Shown here piece by piece: positions 13,775 to 26,269 of a stretch of 64,000 nt of DNA. The position numbers and the translations under genes were made by a program. The notes below the pieces were generated by a model. It was given only the letters and a program-made list of their open reading frames with translations, was not told the origin of the DNA and searched no databases. The first letter of the stretch is position 1; the number at the start of each line of letters is the position of its first letter. Where the stretch lies: NCBI GenBank assembly GCA_037447605.1, contig CM074811.1:3162001-3226000 (forward strand), in the 5' to 3' direction. The stretch comes from Zygnema circumcarinatum SAG 698-1b (lineage: Eukaryota > Plantae > Zygnematophyceae).

Positions 13775-14690
13775 TGTAGGGTTAGGGTTAGGGTTAGGAG
13801 TTAGGGTTTAGGGTTTAACCTTACGATTTAGGGTTGGGTTTACGTCGTAGAGTTACGAATTCCAAGATCTGGTTTTCAGAATGAAATAAGGACCGCGGGT
13901 TTTGAGTTTGAATTCAGAGATCAAGGCCCAGGGCTTACGATTTAGCCTATTGCAAAAGTCATTTGGGAGTAGGAAATTTACGCGAGATTAAGAGTTTAGG
14001 GTTTGAAGTGAAGTGAGGAGGGGGATGTAGGCAGGCGTAAATAGGTTAAGATAAGAGCTACTACGGTATCAGTGATGGGGTTAAAAGGGGGGGGAAGCGT
14101 AAATTAGGCTTCTTATTGGAGTTCCGGTGAACTCAGATCGTTGTAAGGCTTAAGGTAAACGGCAGCAATTAGGGCTCAGAATTCCGATCAATATGAGGTT
14201 TGGTGTTAGGGTTAGAGTTAGAATTAAGTGGGCTAGCAGACGACTAAGGTTACTGAGAGCAAGAATTGACGGTTATAACTGAATTAGGGTTAGGTCAAAG
14301 TCAAGGTCAGCGTCAGGGTTAGAATTACGGTTAGGGTTATGATTAGGGTTGAGGTGAGGGGTGGGGTAACGACAGCAGGTGAGGATTCGAGTTAGGTTAA
14401 GTTAGAAAATTGGGTTTACAGTAGAATCAAGGTTAGGGTAGAAACTTAGAATTATGGTGAGAAAATTTCAGTTAGCGGCTATTAAAATCAGGATAAAAGT
14501 AAGGGTTGGGTGAGAGTTGAGGGTAAGGATATATTTAGCCGTTAGGATGAGCGATGGCAGTAACGGTTAGTGTTAGGGTTTGGATATTGCTTAGGGTTAC
14601 AGTGAGGTTAAGGTTCAGGGTTAGGGTCACCGTTAGGGTTTAGTGTTAGGGGTTAAAATTAGGGTTAGAATTAGGGTTCGGTAGGGATGG
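13775..14690 (+). repeat. Degenerate interstitial telomere-like array (TTAGGG/TTTAGGG variants)
   Basis: Repeated ttagggtt/tttaggg units interspersed with unique sequence, starting about 35 bp upstream of the DUF1295 ATG. Confidence 0.8.
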
Positions 14691-14846
14691 GATGAACAGA
14701 GTGGAATGCGAAAGGAGGAGAGGAGAGACACGTGGAAAGAGCGTCGNNNNNNNNNNNNNNNNNNNNNNNNNNNNNNNNNNNNNNNNNNNNNNNNNNNNNN
14801 NNNNNNNNNNNNNNNNNNNNNNNNNNNNNNNNNNNNNNNNNNNNNN

Positions 14847-16185
14847 ATTCTACAATTAAAATTCCGTCGGTCGTCTTCAAAAGCCCTTACTCTCTGTTCC
14901 ATTCCGTTACGTTTTCCAGCACTAAAGACTTCCCAAAATCTGTCCCTCCATTTCCAGTATAGAACCTAAAACCCTACAAGGCTAAAACCCTGAGACCCTA
15001 AATCCGTAACAGCATCTTCTCCTCAGCAAGGAACGAACGGTGTTCCGTTTCTATGCAGGACGACGAATCCGTTCAGTTGCGTGCTCCGTTCCGTAAAACT
15101 GACCTGATACTCCTCCTCCACGGGCACTGCCTCCTCGAGGTGCTGCTGTTGGAGGAGGGAGATGATGTGCTCCTGCGCAACATCACATCACCATCGAGGG
15201 TTTAGGGTTTAAGGGGCTTGGGGGGGGGGGGTAGGGCTTCTGACTTATAAGAAAAGGAAAGATCGAAAAGGTCTGGGTGAGAGGTTTCAGACTATTAGGG
15301 TTGTAAGGGATTTTAGGGGTACAAGGTATCTAGGATAGCTCTCTCCACTGCAATCTCACTCACACTCTCTCTCTCCCTCTCCGCAATCCCTCCCTTCCTC
15401 CCTCCCTTCCTCCCTCCCCACCCTACCTCTCTTCCTCCCTCCACACCCTCCCTCCCTCCCTTTCTCCCTCTCTCCCTTCCTCCCTCCCCCACCCTCCCTC
15501 CCTTCCTCCCTCCCCCACCCTCCCCTTTCTCTCTCCCTCTCTCATGGTTGAAAAGCCTTGCCTTTTTAGAGTTGATAGTGTACAGAATTTCCGTGGCTTC
15601 ACGCAACTCTTCTTTTCGCTTTCGCATTTCTTCGAGGCGAACGAGTGAAGCCATCTCCGAGGCCTCCGCCTGCACCCGCGTTCAAAATAAAATCTGAAGA
15701 AAAAAGGGAGCCCGGGGAGGGAACAAAGCGTGCAAAAAAGCTTCCAAGAAATCAACGAAACTCATTCAAAGAACATTCAAAGATGTATATGCATGCAATA
15801 GAGCGAACCGGTCTCAAAGTGGAGATAGTTAGTTCTAATTTGATATATTTTTTTATATAAAAAAGTTCTTAGGAGTGAGTGACCTCTCGCTGCCTGAGTT
15901 CGAGTTGCAGTTCGCAGTACTTTCCGTGCTCTGTCAGCACCTCCGCCATAGTGAGCAGTCGGAGGTTGGCCTCCGCCTGCACACTCTGCAAAGCTTCAAC
16001 AAAGCAAAAAAAAAAAAATCAAAGGAGGAGAATCGCCGAATCAACTAACGAACTAAGCTGACAAATGTGATGTAATGTTTGTCAAATTTCAAGATTTGTG
16101 ATTTGGCTTCAGGGTTACGGGGTTCAGGATTCCGGGTTTTTTAGGGTTTATGTTTTCTTTTTGCAGAATTGTTGCCGTAGGGTTT
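14847..16185. repeat. Near-exact duplicate of 16567-17903 (three AUG2 exons), flanked by N gaps; probable assembly artefact
   Basis: Offset 1718 bp, with identical ORFs at 15313/17031, 15423/17141, 15645/17363 and 15879/17597. I saw mismatches only in the first ~45 bp next to the 100-N gap. Confidence 0.9.
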
Positions 16186-16356
16186 NNNNNNNNNNGGAAT
16201 GGACGGGAATCAAGAATCAAGAGGAATGGAGAAAGGAATGAAAGCAAAAGAACAGGGGGAGAGGGCCGGAGCGAAGCAGAGCTGAAAGATACAGAGAGAG
16301 GGAGGGAGCAAGGGAGTGATGGGAGGGAGAGGGAGCGGGAGAGAAGAGTCCTGTAC

Positions 16357-18169
16357 ATTCCACATCGTGGGAGACTCCTTGAAGATCTGCGCCTTCTCTG
16401 CCGCCTCTCTGAGGAAGAATATCGCTTCACTAGACTTGGCAGCCTTCATCATCAACTTCATGAAGTCCTCCTGAACACGAACGATCCAACGGCCAAGATC
16501 CAATATCACTCATCAGTCGTATAGTAACTAGTTATTTCTTTCCTAGAAAAAAAAAAAAAACGATCATTCTTACAATCGAAATTCCGTCGGTCAGTCTAAA
16601 GCTCCTACTCTCTGTTCCATTCCGTTACGTTTTCCAGCACTAAAGACTTCCCAAAATCTGTCCCTCCATTTCCAGTATAGAACCTAAAACCCTACAAGGC
16701 TAAAACCCTGAGACCCTAAATCCGTAACAGCATCTTCTCCTCAGCAAGGAACGAACGGTGTTCCGTTTCTATGCAGGACGACGAATCCGTTCAGTTGCGT
16801 GCTCCGTTCCGTAAAACTGACCTGATACTCCTCCTCCACGGGCACTGCCTCCTCGAGGTGCTGCTGTTGGAGGAGGGAGATGATGTGCTCCTGCGCAACA
16901 TCACATCACCATCGAGGGTTTAGGGTTTAAGGGGCTTGGGGGGGGGGGGTAGGGCTTCTGACTTATAAGAAAAGGAAAGATCGAAAAGGTCTGGGTGAGA
17001 GGTTTCAGACTATTAGGGTTGTAAGGGATTTTAGGGGTACAAGGTATCTAGGATAGCTCTCTCCACTGCAATCTCACTCACACTCTCTCTCTCCCTCTCC
17101 GCAATCCCTCCCTTCCTCCCTCCCTTCCTCCCTCCCCACCCTACCTCTCTTCCTCCCTCCACACCCTCCCTCCCTCCCTTTCTCCCTCTCTCCCTTCCTC
17201 CCTCCCCCACCCTCCCTCCCTTCCTCCCTCCCCCACCCTCCCCTTTCTCTCTCCCTCTCTCATGGTTGAAAAGCCTTGCCTTTTTAGAGTTGATAGTGTA
17301 CAGAATTTCCGTGGCTTCACGCAACTCTTCTTTTCGCTTTCGCATTTCTTCGAGGCGAACGAGTGAAGCCATCTCCGAGGCCTCCGCCTGCACCCGCGTT
17401 CAAAATAAAATCTGAAGAAAAAAGGGAGCCCGGGGAGGGAACAAAGCGTGCAAAAAAGCTTCCAAGAAATCAACGAAACTCATTCAAAGAACATTCAAAG
17501 ATGTATATGCATGCAATAGAGCGAACCGGTCTCAAAGTGGAGATAGTTAGTTCTAATTTGATATATTTTTTTATATAAAAAAGTTCTTAGGAGTGAGTGA
17601 CCTCTCGCTGCCTGAGTTCGAGTTGCAGTTCGCAGTACTTTCCGTGCTCTGTCAGCACCTCCGCCATAGTGAGCAGTCGGAGGTTGGCCTCCGCCTGCAC
17701 ACTCTGCAAAGCTTCAACAAAGCAAAAAAAAAAAAATCAAAGGAGGAGAATCGCCGAATCAACTAACGAACTAAGCTGACAAATGTGATGTAATGTTTGT
17801 CAAATTTCAAGATTTGTGATTTGGCTTCAGGGTTACGGGGTTCAGGATTCCGGGTTTTTTAGGGTTTATGTTTTCTTTTTGCAGAATTGTTGCCGTAGGG
17901 TTTTCTGCTTTAGGGGGGTTTGGTGTGGAAAGTAGGTACGGATAAGCAGGTGGATGGAAAGGTAAATGAAAAAAGTAAATTTTCATGTGTAGCAATGGCA
18001 CGCTGTTACCGCGCATCATGTATCAGATGTATTATTGTTTGTGAATGTTAATTCATAAAAGATGCAGTTCTGACCTTTTCTTCCACCGGAACGATGATTC
18101 CGCGCTCTTGAAAAAGCTTCAGCACCAACTCTGCTCCTGTGACTGACGGCGCGGCCAGCTCCTGTGCCT

Positions 18170-18239
<70 letters not shown>

Positions 18240-19118
18240 TAGAGAAGGGGAGAGAGAGATGGGGAGAGAGAGAGAAGGGAGGAGAGAGAGAAGGGGGGAG
18301 AGGGAGAGAGAGAGATTGGGGGGAGAGCGATAGGGAGATAGAGAGAAAGGAACCAGAGGGTGAAAGAGAGAGAGAGCGAGAGAAAGATAGGGCGGGAGAG
18401 AGCAAGGGGGGCAGGGGGAGAAGAGTAGAGAGGTAAGCCAGAAAGACGAGTTGCGAGAGAGAGAGAGAGGGGAGGGAGAAGAAAGAGAGAGGAAGAGCGA
18501 GGGCGAGAACAAGCCTAAGGGAACTTAACCAACTTTAGGGTTTCAAGAGCTGCAACTTTCGGCAAAACTTTATCCTCTTCAGCTTGTCAGGACCCTAGTA
18601 CCTTAAAAACCCTAAAACCACAAACCCCAAAATTAACGAAAAGCATTATGATCCTGCACTAAATTTGAAAAAAAAAAAAAAAGGGTGAAGGGATAAATTA
18701 CTTAATCACTCACTCTCTTCTCCAAGAAGAAATCAACAAACATCCCATTCAATCCCATTAAAAAAAATGAGTTTGTCATTTACACACCTTTCTTGGCTAG
18801 ATACACACTTTAAAAAAAAAAATAAGTTTGACCTAAACCTGAAACCACTTGACTCTTATTCTCAGGTCAACCTTTCCTTTTTCCGGATCCACTTTCCCGG
18901 ATCCACCCCCTCAACCAGCCACCCACCCGCTGCGCCTCCCCTCTGCGTGGTGCCCCGAACGGGTGGCGGCCGCTAAGCGCACCCCTCGGCGTGCCGGAGG
19001 GTGTGCCCGCAACGGACGTTTGCCGGCTGGAGGGCGCCGTACCGGCGCGGGAGGGGCCCTGGGAGGGAGGGGGGAGAGGCGCCACGTAGCGCCCTCGGGG
19101 AGACCCGGCGGCGCTCAT
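16357..19118 (-). CDS. AUG2: AUGMIN subunit 2 (HAUS2), 3' end unresolved in gap
   Basis: Exons 19118-18927, 18167-18075, 17703-17602, 17387-17280 (GC donor), 16890-16822, 16470-16357. KEHIISLLQQQHLEEAVPVEEEYQEDFMKLMMKAA...AQIFKESPTMW matches recalled plant AUG2 [35 protein letters not shown]...SQNFKEPPSVW. Confidence 0.85.
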
Positions 19119-19149
19119 GCTGAGGCAGCAGGGGGGTGGACTTGGGGGA

Positions 19150-19920
19150 GGGGCGCTGGGAGGAGGGGTAGGGGTCAGGGTTTAGAGTTTAGGGTTAGGG
19201 TTTACGGTTTAGGGTTAGGGTTAGGGTTTAGGGTGTAAGGTTCAGGGTTTAGGGTTTAAGGTTAGGGTTAGGGTTTAGGGTTTAGGGTTTAGGGTGTAGG
19301 GTGTAGGGTTAGGGTTTAGGATTTAGGGTCGAGGGGCTAGGGTTGAGGGTTTAGGGTGTAGGTTGTAGGGTGTAGGGTTTAGGGTTTAGGGGGTAATGCT
19401 TGGATCAGGGTTTAGGGTTTAGGGTTTAGGGTTTAGAGCTTGAGGCGTAGGTTGGGGTTCAGGAGAGGGTTCAGGGTTAGGGTTTAGGGTTTGAGAGGTG
19501 GTTTCAAGGTTCAGAGATTAGGGTTCAAGACTTTGATTGTTACTGTTGCCGTGTTTTCGGTTAACGGACTCACGGTTCAGGGTCTCCGGCTTGAGGTTTA
19601 GGGTTTTAGGTTTAAAGGGTACATTTTTTCAGAGGGCCAGGATTTCAGGGTCAGGGTTTAGGGTTTTAGGCTTTAGGTTGAGTGATTGAGGATTTTAGGG
19701 TTTGAAGGGTTTAGAGTTTTAAGGATTCAGATTTCTTCGTTGGGTTTTAGGGTTTGGGTTAAAGGATCTGCATTGAGGATGCAAGATTTCGGAGGTAGGG
19801 TACAGGATTCAGGGTTCAGAGGTCATGCATGATTCAGGGTTCAAGATTTAGGGTTTGGGGTTCAGGCTTCAGGGTTCACGGTTGATGAAGGATGAGGCCA
19901 CATGGGTAGGGTTCAGATCG
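19150..19920 (+). repeat. Interstitial telomere-like array (TTTAGGG, TTAGGG, TGTAGGG, TTCAGGG mix)
   Basis: Near-pure tandem telomere units at 19180-19440 decaying rightwards; begins just upstream of the AUG2 ATG. Confidence 0.9.
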
Positions 19921-20261
19921 GGAATCGGGGATTTTACCGCTAGTTCAACAAAGTTCAATCTTCAACCTTGCCACAGGTCGCGAGATCGAACCTCCTATTC
20001 GACCTTTTGGCGATTGTAACCGTCGTTTTATACGGATTCGTACACAATGCATTCGTACAGTTCGTACAATCCGTGGTGTCACGTCCCGCTAAACGAGTTG
20101 GCATGTGCTTTTAGACGAACAAGACTGGTGGGGTGTCTTTTACAAGCCGCACCAGCTCTATAGTGCGTGTAGCGGCCTGAGTATTTTCCCTGTGGCCCTA
20201 ATGTAGACATTCATTGGTCATGTGTTTCGCCAATGACTAATGGCTATGACAAATTCAAACT

Positions 20262-20460
20262 AACTTGACTAAGATGACATTAGTATCGTGACTTAAAATG
20301 CTGGACTGGACTAACTTGACTTGACTTGACCTCTCCTTCAAATAGCCTCCACCGGACTTGACTAACTTGACTGGACTGGACTTGACCACTCCAAACAGCC
20401 TCCACAGGACTTGACTAACTTGGCTTGACTGGACTTGACTTGACCTCTCCTTCAAACCTC
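20262..20460. repeat. (GACTT/GACTG)n pentamer minisatellite with ~55-bp higher-order units
   Basis: Repeated ggacttgactaacttgactggactggacttgacc...agcctccac blocks. Confidence 0.8.
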
Positions 20461-20502
20461 AGCCTCCACACCATTTCCAAAGGCATCCATCCATCACCTT
20501 CC

Positions 20503-22603
20503 ATGGCCTCCCTCCCTTCCCTCTCCCCCTCCCTCTCCCCCTCTCTCCGCCCCCTCTCCTCCCCATGGCTTCCCTCCCCCCCTTCCCTCTCCCCCCCTCT
20601 CCCCCCCCCTCCACGCCGAGACCTGAGGGTGACGAGAGCGCGGTCCGCCATGGCTTCCGAGGTGCACTTAGCGCGCGACGACCTCCTGTGCGCGCTTGCC
20701 ACGTGTGAGCGCGGCCTCCGTACGACCCCCTCCTCCGAGGGGCGCAGGGCGGCAGCCATGGCGGCTCTGGTGAAGGCTGGGGAGGGCTCAGCCACGACGG
20801 GGCCCTCTCTGACTGCCACGTGGCGCCTGCTCTGGACGACCGAGAAGGAGACTCTCTTCATCTTCGAGAAAGCGGGGCTCTTTGGGACGTCGGCGGGTGA
20901 CACGTGGCAGGTGAGGATTGGGCCCCTTTAGGGTACTGCTGATTTCTTTTATGAAATGTGTTTGAAATTAATTAATTACTTGGGGCGTTTCAGACCTGAA
21001 AATTAAGTGATATGGAATTTAGGAATTAGGGTTTTTAGGGTTTTTAGGGCTTAGGAAGGAAGTAACTCACGTGTCGCTTTTACTGACTATTTCGCGGGAA
21101 ACAATGTACTGATTTTGAATTTTGAAAGTGTAGAACTATTTCAAGTCTGAAACTTCTCAAGAGGACTGATTGATTGATTATCTTAAAGCACTGAGTTGCT
21201 GTTCAACCACACTGATTGATACAAAGGAATGAACCCTCTCTCGCACAGGTCTGAGAGCAGAAGGAAGATGAAGATGAAGGTACTTCAATATATCTCGATA
21301 TATGTGATCGGAAGGCTTTCAAAAACTGCTTCCTGCGAAGGCCTTGACCTGTTTGTGAATGTTTTTTTCCCTTCGCACATGCCGACTTAAATCCTTAGCT
21401 TCAAATATTTCATTTATTTTTTTCTTTCTGCAGCCAATCGACGTGGAGCGCCGCACGCTTGGCAACGTCATCACGTTCCCTCCCTCGGGATCGTTCCACG
21501 TGGCGGCCTCCATCCAAGTAGTGTCGCCGCAACGCGTCAACTTCAAGTCAGTAATGGGTTGTGCCTCTATCGCTATTTGTAAGGCAATGTATTGAATAGT
21601 AGTAGGAGTAGTGTAGTGGCAATAGTTTTGTTTGTAACGGGTCCACCCTTCTCTCTCTCTCTCTCACTCACTCCCACCCCTCTCTCACTCTCTCCCACCC
21701 CTCTCTCAATCTCTCCAACCTCACTCTCTCTCTCCCACCTCTCTATCACTCTCTCCTCCCTTACTATCTCTCTCCCACCCCTCGTCCTATGCATCTCCGC
21801 TCTCCCCCCTCACTTTCCTGCTGCGAAGTCTGCAGGTCGAGACCACCTGCAAGTGCTGTTTTCCCGCTCCCTCCCTCCTCTTCTTCCCTCCCTCCAACGT
21901 CCTCGTCCCCCTACCGCCTGCCTTTCACCCGTCCTCCCCCCTCCTCCTTCCCTCCTTCCCTCCCTCCCCGCCTCCCTCCCTCCCTATCTCCTGTCCTTTC
22001 TCCTGCATCGCTTTTCCTTTATGCCATCAGCACCAGATTACTGAAATGCCTGAACTTGAATTACATTTCTCACATTGCCACTAAGTGATACTCCCTGTAG
22101 GTCATCATTTCTGCACATTTTTTCACTTAAACAAAGGAAATGGTGAAAAGAGGACGTTTTAATCAAGTGAAATTGCTTCACTTCTCCTTAAAAGACTTGA
22201 ATTTCTGCAGCTGTTCCATGCCGTAATTACAGATTTTTGAGTGCCAAACTGCGAACTGCCACACGGGAATTCAAACTGCCGCCCTTTGGCCAAGGATGGT
22301 ATGTTCACCTGTCTGACCCTTCACATGCTCTCCAGTTCAGCTCAGTTCAGTCACAGTTCCAGTCCTAAGCGTGCTACAGACGACAAGGCAGGCAAACTGT
22401 CCCTCTTACTTGTAGCCTTATTAAGGGTGTCAGAGTTGATTTCTTTCAAATCTGCAATTTCCTTCTTTAAATTTTTTTGAAATGCCTTGTTGTTGAAATA
22501 CAGGTTTGAAAATTTATACATGGATGACAGAATCCGCATTTCGAAGGACTCCAGAGGGGACACCCTCATTACAGAGAGGGCTGACTGTGACTTAGATTTT
22601 TGA
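20503..22603 (+). CDS. Plastid lipid-associated protein / fibrillin (FBN9-like)
   Basis: Exons 20503-20910, 21434-21546, 22233-22298, 22504-22603. Transit-peptide-like N-terminus; LTATWRLLWTTEKETLFIFEKAGLFGT, IDVERRTLGNVITFPP, LPPFGQGWFENLYMDDRIRISKDSRGD. Confidence 0.9.
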
Positions 22604-23815
22604 CTTCCCTCGTGCTTAGGTTGGTTATATTGACCCTGTTTATATGTAAGAAGTTTTACGGGGTAGGATATGTTGTTGTAGATTCTTGGGGGTTGCTCAA
22701 ACTTAGAAGAAGTGAGGTATGCGATTATAACGCACTCGCTCTCTCTCTCTCTCTCTCTCTTTGTATACATCAATCTCAATCTTCCGCGGCATCATTTGTT
22801 ATCCCTTCAATTTATTTAACCGACTAAAAAAAATCATGCACTATCTAGAGACATATTTGTACATTTGCATTGACAGAACCTCAACTTTTAAGAAGAAACT
22901 GAGAAGTTTTACTCCACCTCAAATATGCCATATATTCAACATATCAAGATCAAGAATCGGTGTCAAACCCTTTGTCCAAGATCAAGATCCTCAAGATTTT
23001 CCCAGCTCGAGAGGAGACCACAAACCAAGCACAACCCAGAAGCCAAAAACTGTACCGAAAGTATCACTCACAGACACAATATTCACTCGAAAACAAGGGG
23101 AAGCAGCCACAGACGTAGACATCACCAGCCTCACAGGTCTTGCCAGAACAGGGAGGGCGAGCCCTGCCCAGTTCAGAAATAGTATTATTCAATTCAAGCG
23201 GAGAGACAAATCGAACTATCCAACTCCACCGGTTGAATACTTATTCTCGCAAACAAGCAAAGAGTGCCGAGTCTTTCCATTCGTATTTTATGGAGACTCC
23301 GCTTTATGCACGTCTACACCTTTCTGCTCTATGAAAATGAGATGAATCAAATCAACCATACCTCTATTTTTCTCTCCTCTCCCTCCTTCCCCCACCTGCA
23401 TGAAATGATGAAACTGAACTCTACGTGAACCCTAAGCCTCTAAGACCTAATTCCTTCACTCCATGCCGCTTCTGGTCCGTCCCTCTGCCTATGTACATCC
23501 CACTCTGCAGCTGCTCCAAGACGAGCCGTTACCACTGCAAAGCGCTGTACCGCCTTGCCGATCTCGCCAGAATCGCAGACACGGAATCGTTCAAAACAAC
23601 TGGAAGTCTAACTATGACGGTGACCAGAATCCAAAACGGCTCTTACAAATCGTCCTGTCAATTCAGTCAATTTGTCAAGACTCAAGACTGAGCCCCAAAT
23701 CCACATCCCCTCACTGCTCTTCCCTCCCCACACACACCTCTCCCACCTCACCCCCTCTCCACCTCCACTCACCTCTCCCACCTCCCCCCTCCACCCTCTA
23801 CCTCGTCTCTCACAC

Positions 23816-25298
23816 CTGCGTCTTAAACACCACGCAACGCCTCGGCTCCGGATACGACGTCTTCCCATCTAAGGGCAGAAGCTCAATTGGCTTGCCGGCT
23901 GTGGGCACAGCGACAGATGTGAGCGGTAGCAGCACACACCTCCCCTGGTAGAAGTGCCGACCGTGCTGCTTCTTAGTGGCCCTCTGAAACTGCCGCCCGT
24001 GAAGTTTGGCGAACCCTGAGTCCTGATCTGCCGTCACGAAGAACTGGTTGCCGGAGTTAATCCACTCAGGGAGAGGGCTGGGGCACTGCAGAAAGGTTCC
24101 GTTCTTCCACGAGGAGCTCACAAAGATCTTATTTTTGAGGAAGCGGTCCATGATGGGGGGGCTGAAGGCGGAGAGAACACCCTTCCAGTGGAGGAGGTCG
24201 CGGGAGATGGGAGAGAGAGCGTGGTCGGCGTAGATACCGTCTTTAAGGTGGAAGGTTGGGAGGTTGTGCTCGTATCCTTCGAAGAAGAAGTCGCAGTACC
24301 GGAAGGGGGAGGTCGGGCAGCATGTGGGTTTGTCACCCAACGCGGCGGCGGTGAAGGGGGAGATCTCCGGGAGAGGGGGGCGGGGAGGGTGCTTGGCGGA
24401 GACGAGGAAGAGAGCGAGGCAGAGGAGGCAGAGGGAGAGGAGAAGGGAGCGAGTCTGCAAGACGGAAGAGAGCAGTAAGGGGAGAAGGGAAGGGTTAGAT
24501 GATAGATGCTGAATGGTGTCTCTCTCTCTCGCTTTCCCAATGCGTCTGCCTGTCCCCTATTATGGGTATCTGGGTGTATCAAAAGTGCAAAATTATCTTG
24601 CCCTAACTTTCTTTCTCAAACAGAAACTCCCTCTGCGTTGCTCTCGCTCTCTCACTGCGCTTACTCTCTCTCCCTCATTCGGCATCGTCCAAGAAGTCAG
24701 AACCCTGGCATACTTCCTCTATCTCTATGTTCCTCGTATCCTCCACAGCCCTCTATTATACATCATCAGCTATCTCTTAGATCTGCCTCAAGACCCTGCC
24801 ACTCTCTCCCCTTTCTCACCTCTCCTTCTGACTCTGCCTCTGCCGCCTACGCGCTCATCTCTCGCTCCCAACACTCCCTCTCTCACTCCCCTACCTCTCC
24901 ACGGGTGCTTATCGCACTTACCACTCAACACAGGCTTTGTCCTCACTCCCTCTCCCTCCCACACCATCTCTCCACTTTTCTTTCCCTCTTCTTTGCCTGA
25001 TATTTCTACCTGTCATTTCCTCCCTCCCGTCCTCCCTCCCCTCCCTCCTCCCCCCCTCCCCTCCTCTCCTCCCACCCCTGACACAGCACCATGGCCGCCA
25101 TAAAATTCCCTCCTCCCCTCCCTCCCCTCCCTCCATCCCCTTCCATACTCCTTCCCTCCCTCCCTCCCCTCCCCTTCCCTCCCCTCCCTCCCTCCTCCCC
25201 TTCCCTCCCCTCCCTCCTTCTCCCCTCCGCTCCCTGACACAGCCCCATGGCCGCCATTCTCCCCCCTCCCCCTCTCCACTCACCGCCATGGCCGCCAT
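23816..25298 (-). CDS. Putative secreted protein of unknown function (3' exons uncertain)
   Basis: 15-nt coding exon 25298-25284 (MAAMA|GTGAGT) plus exon 24454-23816 give the signal peptide MAAMATRSLLLSLCLLCLALFLVSA, then ~190 aa of non-repetitive sequence ending at a CAG|GTGTGA donor. Possible further exons near 23610-23460 and 23240-23060. Confidence 0.55.
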
Positions 25299-26269
25299 CG
25301 CTCCGCCCTGCCCAGCCCTGCTTCGCCCTCCAGAACTTCCCATCCTTCAGGACCGCCTCCTCAAGCCTGGCGCTCGCACGTGCCATTTCGGGTAGCCATC
25401 AGGGGCACCAAAAAAACAGCTCCTCCGTGAACTTCCACCGTTCAATCGCCAACCCGTTTTTTTAAGCGCCCCATCGGACCGTCCATTTTCCGCCCGAAAA
25501 AATCACAACGGTCACTGCTGGTCAAATTTTAAGCTTCCGTCTCTGCCGTCCGATCACTTCATCGGTTCAATAACCACCGTCGATTTTCTGCATCACGCTC
25601 GTTTACGGTACTGCCGTCGCATCGTGGCTGTCCGATTTGCCGCCGAACACGGTAACCCGTCCGATAGGGACCAATTTCAAGATCCTTCAACGAAAGCCGT
25701 CGGATTTCGTTCCTGGGCAGTCGTCCAAAAAAGTTGGTCCCTGCGCCGCCAAGTGTCCTGACACGCCTGCGTCCTTTCCGCGACGTGCGGAGAATTTATC
25801 ACGTGGCGCTATTCGATTGGCTGACAAGATCTCGATCAGTCAGATAGCGACCTCCCACGTGCGAGCTGTGTTCCTTCTGGCCTCCCTTGTCAGGCAATTG
25901 TGAAACGCCACCGTGCCGCAGGCCATACGGACGTACGGAAATATGTCCGTACAGTCTTTGTGCTTGAAAGAAGACCGAAGCAGCTTGGAAGTAAAGCGGC
26001 CGATGGGCCGTTTCTGGCCGTCCGTTGGGATTTGAAAATGGTTTTGGGCCGTCCGATGCTTCCAGAAACATGTCAGAGATCCGGAGGAATCTGGTAGTTG
26101 ACAGGTGTGACGTAAGATTGGATGGTCGGTAGGGGCACCGAGAAGAAGCAGTAACGGTACAGGTATGACGTCATCAAGAGCAGGGAAGCCAATGAGAATG
26201 CACCGACCTTGCGTTGGGAGCACCACTGAAGAGGGCAGACCGTTGGACCAGCCATCCGTTGGGTTCAAT

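Noticed and set aside
1-19118. TTN9-like and AUG2 as a mitotic gene cluster
   Set aside because: They are separated by unrelated genes, and I found no convincing shared MSA-element array at their promoters.
19940-20010. tRNA/SINE-like T-arm (ggtcgcgagatcgaacctc)
   Set aside because: No A-box, cloverleaf or acceptor stem could be built.
24513-25103. + strand 196-aa ORF
   Set aside because: It lies antisense in intron 1 of the secreted-protein gene and has no recognisable motif or splice support.
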